Source: Basidiobolus meristosporus CBS 931.73
Lineage: Eukaryota; Fungi; Basidiobolomycota
Assembly: GCA_002104905.1 (NCBI GenBank)
Contig: MCFE01000481.1
Coordinates: 1-64,000 of the forward strand
Direction of reading: 5' to 3'
DNA: 64,000 nt
Position numbers and translations under genes: made by a program. Positions 53,801-64,000 of this stretch are shown here, one piece after another; the stretch's first letter is position 1; every line of letters starts with the position of its first letter. Below the pieces are notes generated by a model. The model had not been told where the DNA came from. It was given only the letters and a program-made list of their open reading frames with translations, and did not search any database.

Positions 53801-54059
53801 ATTACTTCATGGCTGAAAGGTTTGCTACAATAGCCACATTGTCTTTTTTTTGTCTCTAACAGCAATGAATCAAAATAGTCTTTTCCATGGGGCAAGCAGT
53901 TTGATACTCCACAATATAACACTAACATATCATTTTTTTGTTAATACCCATGTGAACCTAAGACAGTCTTGTATTTTAGATACTGCACCTACATGAATGT
54001 AAGACTCAATGATCACCTGCCATACTAAGCCTCTTAATATTTAGTGATTACTGTGACTT

Positions 54060-57000
54060 TTTCACAGATATGAAGCCAATATTTTGCAACATTGATCAAG
54101 CCAGAACTGCTGCCAACAAGATCAAGAGCTTTAGGCAAGGAATCAAACCTGCCTCTCTGCTTGCTTCTAAGTTCTTTCCACTAGCTTTTCACTTGAGCCT
54201 TTGGGATGATGCTGCCCTGATGAGTCAGTTGCAAGATGAACTCAATGATGTAGTTGGAGACCTTGTACTTGTACTCCCTGGCTGAACCTCTGTGGGGGAG
54301 GCTATACATTGAGTAATCTAATGTGGCAAATGGCTTTTGTCAAAGAGCAGAAATTTCTACAGGTACATCAGCCCACCTCCTTCCCTGTAAGCCAGTCACC
54401 TAGTCCTAGGGCTAATGATCCTATACATGCTGACAGTGCCAAATACAAGAAACTCAAAGAGGTAGAAGATCTGAATGCCAACAAGCAAACCTCAGCCTAT
54501 ACTGTGGCCAGCCCAGCCACTTTGCCAAGTATTATCCCAACAAGAAGTCCAGCTTCAAACTTCTGCAGTCATCCAGTGAGCAATCTTCCCCTGAGTAGCT
54601 GAGAAACTCCTTGGCACAGTACCAAGGACAGGCTTGCCACTGGATCTTCCAATAAAAACTTGACACATTAAAGAAACATCATATGCTACCAAGTCCATTC
54701 AGTCCTTCAGAATGCCTGTCAACATCTGTTCCATTGACCAATCCCTTGACTGGAAACACAAAATCCCTACTGCCCTGAAATCCTGACCTGTCAAAGTAGA
54801 AGTTGTTGATAAACAGATCCTTCTCCTTTGGTGTTATGAATAAACACAAGGCCAGAGAGTAGAGCTAAGTAAGGCAGGACCAGGAATGACTTAGGTGTGG
54901 ATTAACACAGCAAGGTGGATTTTCAAGGCAAGGCTGATTATTCAAGACTTGTGTTTATCAGACCAAGGAGTACATAAGGGGTATAGAACTATATATACTT
55001 TTTGGCAATATGGATGCCAAGAGATATTAGCTAGTACTGATGGATTACTGCGGTGAGGCACAGTAACTCTCCTAAGATAGGAAAATATTAAAGAACATAC
55101 TAGAATGTCACATGGGGATATGTCAAGGGTCAGCTGATCATGTGAGTAGGTCATGTGACACACAATTATCATTCATGGTATTGAGCTATATAAACTTCAA
55201 AGACAAGCTTCCATAGTATGTTCCATTGTGCAATGCTAACTTGAAGCTTTCCAATAGCTGTTAGAATGTAGTAGAACATTCTAGATGGCACCAGGATTTC
55301 TTCACCAACTTGATTTGGATGAATCATGAAAGGTCAAGGATGTCATAGGTGCATGGTATCCAGTACTGTTGCCCATGATACATGTTTACTCCAGTTGTCC
55401 AGTACTCATAACCATCAGTCATCAGCCTTCCACACCATTTACTCTTCCCACTACTCTGTAGTCCTTGGAAATTCATGGCTAAATATCCATAACACAGCTG
55501 TCCAATGGAAGACCTAAACACCAGCACTTGCCAGAATCTTCAATACCAACTTCATAGTAGTACCTGACTCTTCAAGTATAGGAGTAAATTCTCCCAAGCC
55601 ACCTCAGACCCAGGAGTTGGTCATTGCTAATGGATGCCTCTTCAATGGAATACCTGCCAAGTATCACATGTTTTCCCATGTTGTTGACAAGAAGAAGGCA
55701 CAGCCACTCTCATTGCATAGTTCCTATGATTTAAGTCACATGTAGGCACCCAATCATCTTTGTCAAAATAAGACAGTACCCTAAGAATATGGGTAGACTT
55801 ACATGCACCAAACAAGATCATCAATAAAAAGCAGTGTTGTTAGCTCCTTATCAACACCCTGATGGATCAAATCTCTTCACTCAAAGTTCTTTCTAAAGTT
55901 GACCTCAGCAGAGCTTAAGAATGTGTCAATTCAATCTTGGCAATGTATGAGAACTGCCCTCAGAAAAAGATACAGTCACTAGCCTATAAAGTTATACTGC
56001 TTAGTCTCATCAATGCCCTAGCTGTCTTGCAACACCTAATAAATGACATTTCCCATGCATACCTTGACCAATTTATGATTATCCACCTTGGTGATATCTT
56101 GCATCTATTCCAAGACTCAAGCTGCACATAAATGGCACATAAAGAATGTCTTGACAAAGCTTGACACAGCTGGCCTCTATGCCAAACTGAAGAAATGTGA
56201 GTTTTACCACAAAAAAGTTAAATTCCAAGGTTATCTTATAAGCTCAACTGGAACCTACATAAGCCCCAAGAAAGTAGGTGCCACCCAATCCTGCAAAAAT
56301 AACTGTTTGGTAAAAAAGGTGCAGTCCTTCCATTGATTTGACAGCTTCCACTATAAGTATATTACAAAGTACTCATAGATAGTCACCCTGCTGACAAATC
56401 TAATGCAGGGGAACCTTCCCTTTGCCTGGAATGAAGAACTCTGTAGGTCCTTTAATTCCATCAAGAGATTCTTCTTGGGAGCCCCCTGACTTGCCCACTC
56501 TGGCCTTGAGAAGTATTTTCTTGTAAAACTGTCATCTCCGACTGTGCCCTTGGTGCTATTCTTTCCCAGTACAATGACAAGAATGTGCTACACCCTATTC
56601 ACTGTATACTTGGAAATTTACTCCAGCCGATGTAGACTATGATATCTATGACAAGAAGCTTCTTGAAATCATTGTTACCTTTGAACAGTGACGTCATTGC
56701 CTTGACAGTGCAGCACAAAAGATCAAGATCTTCTTTGACCACAATGACCTTAAATACTTAAGCACCTCAAAAGTGCTAAACTGGAGACAAGCTAGATAGT
56801 CCTCCTTCTATCTAGCTGTGAATCTGTCATCACCTATAGCCCAGGTGTCAAACAAGGAAATCTTGATTCCCTGTCCAAAAAGATGGAGTATTCCCTTGAA
56901 GTTGGGGATGATGCCTGTTGGCAAATGAAAAACCTATAACTTACCAAAGACACTCTGAGCCCAAGCCAATGACATCAACAATTGCAAGTACCAACTGTTT

Positions 57001-57730
57001 ACCCCTGACCCTACCTTCCAGCTAGATATTATTCATTCTTGCCATGGTTCAGTGGCTGCAGGACATATTTGTGTTGCCAAAACCCTGAATGCAATTAAGA
57101 TAGACTTCTGGTGGCTGCAAATGATATTCCTTGGTAAGGAGTATCTTCAATCCTGTGATACTTATTGATAGGCAATGTCTGCCAGACACCAGCCAAAGGT
57201 ACTTTGCAAACTTTTGCCAATCCCTGATCAGTGATAGAAGGTAACTTCAATAGATCTTGTTATCAACCACTTAGAAACCAACCAACTCAACTCAGTCTTA
57301 GTGGTGGCAAATAGACTCACACATATGGCTCACTTCACTCACTATTCCATCAACATAGATGCCGAGGCAACTGCCCTCTTGGTAATCAAGAATATTTTCC
57401 GGCCCTATAGTATCCCTAGTGGCATTGCATCTGCCAGAACACCCCAGTGGATATCAAAATTCTCAAAGTACTTCATTCAATTTATTAGTATGCACATCAA
57501 GCTCTCAACTGCTTTCCATCCCCAGTCAGATGGTCATACTGAGAAAACTAACCAGATCATTAAGCAATATTTCTGGTGCTATATCTACTACTGATAGGAC
57601 AACTGGACCCAGCTCCTACCACCTGTAGAATTTGCCTACATCAACTTATGTCATAGTTCAACTGCTCTCTCTGCATCTTATGAGCACTACGGTTTTGATC
57701 TGCAATAGATACAAACAAGCCTTATGAGTC
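54060..57730 (+). mobile_element. Highly degenerate Ty3/gypsy element (gag to integrase remnants)
   Basis: KIKSFRQG..LASKF (gag), VVLGNSWLNIHN (protease-adjacent), YLDQFMIIHLGDIL (RT), YDIYDKKLLEII (RNase H), VVANRLTHMAHF and STAFHPQSDGHTEKTNQ (integrase). An unrelated LTR-like insert may lie at ~54830-55300. Confidence 0.8.
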
Positions 57731-57742
57731 CCCTAACAGTGG

Positions 57743-58110
57743 TGTAGTGGTGAAGAGGTACTTCTGGGAGATGCTATACAACATGAGGTGTGTGAGGTTT
57801 CTAATAGGTGCAATAACCTCTGAGTCTAAGCTGCAGGTGTCTTTGTCAATACGTCAATTATGGTAAAGCTCTTGCTTCTCAGGCTTCCTTTGAACCTTTC
57901 ACTATACAAGCATCAAGAAGCACTTTAAGAATGACCAATACACCACTCTTGGAGCTAATAGCCACTATTAAAGATGCCATTCCAGTAACATTCTCAGCCA
58001 AGAATGTTACTGAGTTTCTACAAGAGTATAACAATAAAGCTGCAGCATTTGAGTTATCACACAAGAACAAAATCTAGTTGTTTTGCTTTCTCTGCAAAGT
58101 TGAAGTGTTA
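57743..58110 (+). mobile_element. Truncated LTR of the 36.3 kb family joined to a gag-like remnant
   Basis: TGTAGTGGTGAAGAGGTACTTCTGGGAG.. matches about the first 140 bp of the LTR at 36299. It is followed by FSAKNVTEFLQEYN (gag-like). Confidence 0.7.
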
Positions 58111-58115
58111 AGATT

Positions 58116-61100
58116 CCCTATGAGTAATTATTGAGATGATCCCATCAAAAGTCTGTCACAAAGTTAATGTCCTGTGACTAAGAGGTACTGATCATGTTAG
58201 GACACCATCTGGAGACCTTTGAAAAATAATTGCACCTCCAGATTTCACAAAAAACTTTGGTCAAAATTTTTCATCACAGCAATATATAAGTGGCTTTTGA
58301 TTGGTTCCCTGCCAATTTACTAACTTTCTGATCCTGGACACTCTATTGCCTCCTATGTTTGTGTGAACTGACTGGCCATTGGCTCTTTTTCATATTCCTT
58401 ACTTCCTGACTCAACTGTTTCTCTTATTTTCATGCATACAAATTGATTTATTTCCATTGAAACTTCAGTTGTACCTCAATTGCCAATTGTATTGATCTAT
58501 GCAAGTCTCTATACCCTACACTAACATTGAGCCCAACCCCACACTCAACAAGTAACTCCATTAAAATCCACCACTCAATAAGTATTTCTGCTGTAACGCT
58601 CTGGTTTCACAACTTTGGCAGGAACCCAACAGCTTTATGCCACTGTTCATTCACTGGTTCCCACACATCCTGGTTTTCAGCCAGCACTACAAGGTCTAGC
58701 ACCTCATCTGCCAGTCTTTGCAATAAGCCCCTGAAATATTCCAGTGCATTTTCTTGAGCACTGCTCTTAAAGAAGTGCTGCAACCTCTTGGTGTGACTAT
58801 TAATGCTCCAAGACTCCACTGAGGCATTGTGCTAGTCTTTCAAGCTCTTGACGTTGTAGCCTTGTCTGTCAGTGGGATCTCCACTCTGTCAACAATGGAG
58901 GCTGTGGATGCTGTGGTAGACAAATTGCCTTTTTCAGCAAACTCATCTACCTTGCTGGAGTGTAGCTTAACTGGCTGCACTTCCAACTCTTGTGAAAACA
59001 GCTGTTTTCCTGTTGGTAATTCTTCTTGGCTATGATGGGATTCAGTCTGTTCCTGGCTTGTGGCATTAATTGGCAAGAACTGCAGTTTTTTTGCATGCCT
59101 CCCTGTCTCAGGCTTGGGTAGACATTTTTTCCTTTACCTTTTCCTCTATCACTGCCAGGTCTTTCACTGCTACTTTGTCTGAGTGCTTCTTGTAAAGAAC
59201 TTTGCTCTCTCCTGGATAAATTCTGCTCTGATGCATCTGTTTTGGCCTGCTTGTCCCTTGCTGGCACTCTTCTGGCAACCTGACATTTCTTTTCAGCTTA
59301 CTTTGAGCTCTCACCATAGTTGTGACGGGCTCCTGTAAAAGTGGCTGGTTTTTATCACAGCCAGGTCTATCACTGCTACTTTGACTGGGTGCTTGTAGAG
59401 TGGTACTACGCTTTTTCCTTGAAAGATATTGTGCTGGTGCATCCAAGTCTGCCTGCTTGTCCTTAATTGGCACTCTTCCAGCTACCTGACATCTCTTTGA
59501 TGCTTGTCTGGAGCTTTTAGCCCTGCTTGTAATGGGCTCTTGAGGAACCCGCTGGTTTTTAGCCATGGCACCATTGTTCTTCTGCCTTTGATTGTTTCTG
59601 CTATTGTTAAGATACTTTCTTAGCATACCAATGCTGGCCCAAAATCTATTTGCCTTTTTGAACCCAGGATAATGCTCATGGAACAAGTCAAGCTCATTCT
59701 GCTTGGCTTTGAGTTCCTGATGGTCCTATGGTATGCCAGCCTTAAGGTGATGGTGTGCTAGACTTCTGACAGCCTCTTGTATTTTAGCTCACTCTTCATT
59801 ATTGCACTTAACTGCTTCACAGATCTTCAGTGTCTTTTGATTTTTAGGCTTTGTTATAAACACCTCATTGTCTCCCTCCCACACTGTGATAGGCTTTTCT
59901 GTGGGCTTTATCTTTGGGCAGTGTTATTGTGCTTCAAAGACTGTATGGTGTTCCTCTGCTGTTACATTGGGAAATGGCTCAGTTCTTGGCTGTGACATTG
60001 GGCTACTTGAGTTCCTTCTTTGCAGCAAAGATACTGCTTTCTCTACCTGATTATTGATTGCTCTACATGTATTATTTGCTCATCCTTTTTCTGGACTACC
60101 TCCTGATTTCTCTGGGCCATTCCATCTATCCTATCAGCCACTGCACCTAATTGCTTCATTAATGCTTTGGTATGAGCTGACAACATACTTGCTAATATGG
60201 GCAGTGGTGATGGTATGATGGCTACTTGCTGATCTTCAACTGAGGGTACTGCATTTGCTACATTCTCATCTGCCTGAGCATAACAGTCAGCTTGTGGCTC
60301 CACAGAGGTTCTCAGTTACCTACTTGACTAGGAGCCTGAGGAGTCTGTATTATTACCTTCAATGGGCACACTGTCCACAGGGCCTTTTTTGGATGTAGCC
60401 CTGCTTGTTGCACCAAATGTCAAAGCAAGCTGTTGTCCAACTGTTCTTCTGTTGCCATCAGTGGTGGGTTTGGTTGAGAACCAGACAACTTTGCTTTATT
60501 TCTTGGCAGCATATATATGGAAGTGAGTCAAACAAAGGGGAAATAATGTTACATATACGTGTGTATGTGGTGCCACAGCTTCATTTATAATGCTTACTAT
60601 CACAGGTCATCATTGAAACTTACATTCATGTAGGTGCAATGTCTCAAATACAAGACTGTATTAAGTTCAGATCAGTATTGACCAAAAAGTGATATAATAG
60701 TGTTACATTGTTGAAGGTCAAGCTGTTTCCCCCATGGACAAGACTACTTTGACTCAACACCGACAAGAGAAGAGAAAAAACACCATGTGGCTATTGTAGC
60801 AGGCCTCTCAGCCATGAAGCACACCAACAGCACAGGAAGTATTGTCACAAGTCTTGGTACAAGAGTTGTAGAGGAAAAGGGAGTTTAGCTAGTATTGTAT
60901 TCACTAAAACTTGAACTGATTTTTATTGGGTTCCAGCAGCTCCTTATATACATTTTGCCAGATCAATTGCTGACTAATTGTATTTCCTAATGTAGGTTGT
61001 GGCTGATGACTCATTTGATTGCATCATCATCACCCAATAAGATCCTACTTGATGTATCTATTTCTGTCTGATAAGGATCTGCTGATTCATTTGCTGACTA

Positions 61101-64000
61101 ATACTACTGATTTCATAGATAATACTGATATACTGATAACCTAAGCATATACTAATTGATTTGACTAAAACTGATCTAACTTAAACATTCAAGCGGCAGA
61201 TCATAACAGTATTACAATGATCAACAGTTGATACTGCTATATTGGCACCTGGCCATCTTTGTCACCTTGCGCAAACTGAGTCAGGTGAGTTTGTGATGCC
61301 TTTAGGCTCACCTCAGCCTTCTGAATATGGCATGCAGAGTGATAGCTCTGATGAAGAAGATTCACTGATGGATTTTGAGCCTATCTCCCCTAGCAACAGT
61401 ACCACATATGAGCCCAGTCAAATCCCTTTATGCAATGAGACAACAACCATTGAAGCAGATGCCAAGGGTACTTTATGGAGCCAAGTGAGCCCAGTAATCC
61501 ATCTGCTAGTGAAAGATGTAATATTGTGGCTAGAGAAGTGGTGTGTTTCCACCTAATATCAGAAATGGGGGCTTTGAGGATTTATTACTACTTATTGCCA
61601 AGATCATACCAGGATGCAACTTACCATGTTCATGGTACAAGTGGACAACCATCATGCAGCAGGCAATATATGATCAAGAGACTGTCCTGATTCCAGCATG
61701 TATTAACAGTTGCATGGCATTCACATCCAAAAATGCTACCATTGCAACATGTCCAAATTGTCAGAAATCCACAACCATTGAGGGAAAACATTGTTTACAC
61801 TCCAGATATATTCCAGTCATACCCCATCTGAGGAAGCTGATGCAGCCCAACAGATATTGCAAAGCTATACTGTACCGCATTCAGTGTCAATCAAGCACAA
61901 ACATATCCCATATATTTGATGGCAAACATTTTCAAACAGCTAAGAAGCAAGTGCTACTTTGAAGGTACATATGACCATGCCTTTGCTTTAGCACTTGATG
62001 AATTCTCATTAAACAAGTACTCTACCAGCAAATCCTGCCGGCCACTGATTCTCATCAATCTGAATCTGCCGCCCATCTTACAATATCAGAGCAATAATCT
62101 GATGGTAGTCTCACTGGTATCTGGGTCTAAACCACCATCCAACCTGGATAGCTACCTGTATCTATTGCTGGATGAATTTTGTATGCGTTCCAGCAGGATA
62201 ACAGTAAATGGCCATCATGTAAAAGCACATATTATTATCTGCATTGGTGATACCCCAGCCATCAGCAAGACAGCAGGTTTTTTGGGGCACAATGGATGGC
62301 ATTGCTGTCAAATGTGTGAGATCCAGGGGACTTACTCCATAACTCATACACATTATTATTACCCAAACACCAGCACCAAGAACATCATCTTTCCACAGAG
62401 AGAGTGTTCAGAAGTAAGCATGCAATGCAGCAAGGTTGGCAAGCTATAAGCCATTAGCCAGAATATGGAATCAATTGGAAACCAGAGATACTTAAGATAG
62501 AGAATGTCTGTTGGAGCAAAAGCTTTCCGCTGGGAGCAATACATTTACTTTTAAGCAACATCCCTATACTGATGACCAAGTTGTACATGGGGCATTTCAA
62601 GCTAAATGAACCCTTTGAGATTCCAGAGAAATTTGAAAAAATTGGCAAGATATTACATAGTATCCGCTACCTTAATATTCATACGCATATGTGACAATAC
62701 AAATGCAAAGACTGGATGAACTGGATATGTATTTGTTCAAGTAGTGTTCTGAAGCCATTCCTACCAAGAGTACATTGGAAGTAGTGTGAGTCATATGTAG
62801 ACATTGTAGGAATATTTATCCAGAAGTGGATCACCAATGCCAACTTGATGCATCTACAGTTGTTGTGCAAGGAGTTTGAAATGGGATTTAAGTGGCTACA
62901 CTACAAGCATAAAGCTGAATGCATAGATATCTTGCCGCCACTGTATCCATTCTCTACTCCATCTTGAATGGTGTGTGGAGGAATATCAGGCCCTGCTTCA
63001 CCTTTTGGGAGTTTCCTATGGAGCCAATGTGTTGGGAGATAGGGAGATGGTCAAGTTGCAGGTACTACCATATCCCAATCTCATCAAGAATATTACCTTC
63101 AAGTCCGTCATGGATGTGATGATAGGCACATGGAGGACAGCTAGAACAAGTTGGAAAATACTGAGGACAAATGTGCACATGGAGACACCTATGCCTATGG
63201 CATTAAGTAGCTAAGCAGCCCCAATGCATAGGTAATCAGCTAAGTAATGCAAAGTTGGGTTGTGTGCAACAAGCAACTAATTCTTATCAGGAAAACTCCA
63301 CCAAGATATGCCAGATTTCCTGTGGTCACAAGCCAACTTCTACCCCATTCAAAATGGAATTCACACAATCAAATGCCAGAGTGCACCTATAAGGGGGACT
63401 AAATTCTAGCAGGGAGAAGCAATATATTGGCCAAATACCAAGAAGTTCTTTGCCAATATTCAGGAGGTATTCATGGCAGAAGTGGCAACAACCAAACATA
63501 TGTTTGCAAGATGTATATGCTACCAGCAGTACAATGTATATGGCAACTTTGCAAGTATCATACTAAAAAGCTGTAAAGTTGAGGTGATAGAAGTATGTCA
63601 ATTGCAGCAGGTGTGCGTGTTTGTAGAGGTTAGTAAGCAGGAGGCCAAAGTTTTTTTTGATTCAAACTATATGTGGAATACCCAAGGTAGTAGTGGGTAA
63701 GCAAATAAAGAAAGGTGATTCTACAGGTGAATATATGAACTGCACAAGGGGAGGTAGAAAAAGCAAATACCATTTGGTAAATTGGTACGGTAGCATTATA
63801 CAGAACCAGCAGTAGGCTGTCCTACTGCCAAAAAATGCCATCAGAGTCTTGCTGTGTGGCCGTCAAAATACCATCAAGTTACTTGCCATATAAGGCACTC
63901 AGAAGTCCTGGCTGACTGGATCCATTTAAAATAGTAATTGAGTGCTGAAAGACCGCAACAGTACCATGCAAAATTGTCACAGCACCCATCAAAAATTGTC
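58116..64000 (+). mobile_element. CACTA/EnSpm-like copy D (most complete; runs off the window end)
   Basis: CCCTATGAG terminus; ORF2 remnants on minus at ~58400-60350; transposase remnants on plus at ~61320-63700 (ALALDEFSLNKYSTSKSCRPLILINLNLPP, CIGDTPAISKTAGFLGHNGWHCCQMCEIQG). The window end matches the subterminal region at 28210-28260 in reverse. Confidence 0.85.
60843..61208. mobile_element. Solo LTR (366 bp) with 4-bp TSD GTAT
   Basis: TGTCAC..ATAACA flanked by GTAT; absent from copy C (GGAAGTATTACAAG); homologous to 53432-53800. Confidence 0.88.

Noticed and set aside
54832-55340. Solo LTR with TSD inside the third gypsy element
   Set aside because: It looks like an insertion, but I could not find matching TG..CA ends with a duplicated target, so it is not called separately.
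26590-64000. Short ORFs in the TE nest as host genes
   Set aside because: All interpretable ones are fragments of transposase, ORF2, gag or pol, or their antisense frames.

Overview
Intron-containing eukaryotic DNA, most likely from an early-diverging fungus (inferred from short GT-AG introns, fungal-type HIR3, MSC2, DUF3605 and calmodulin; the species cannot be established). The window has two compartments. (1) 1-26.2 kb is gene-dense and CpG-rich. It holds a secreted Gly/Asn-repeat protein, a SAM methyltransferase, a stomatin-family protein, a thaumatin-like protein, tRNA-Thr(CGU), RPL8/eL8, a UBE3C/HUL5-type HECT ligase, a DUF3605 protein, calmodulin, BCKDH E2 (with a 1-nt frameshift), an MSC2/ZnT-type zinc transporter and HIR3/Cabin1. 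(2) ~26.4-64 kb is a gene-free, strongly CpG-depleted nest of transposons. At least four degenerate copies of a CACTA/EnSpm-like element with CCCTATGA termini carry insertions of a copia element, gypsy elements, solo LTRs, a PHIS (Pangu-type, ACT TSD) transposon and its MITE. The most notable signals are: an intact PHIS transposase ORF with no CpG (all ~28 Arg codons AGA/AGG) paired with a CpG-rich partner ORF; an LTR family that repeatedly inserted at NCGG sites, including an LTR-TSD-LTR double insertion; context-biased CpG decay; an unassigned structured RNA-like segment upstream of RPL8; and a thaumatin whose canonical disulfide appears replaced by a CPFC motif. Coordinates were counted by hand and all counts were read by eye.
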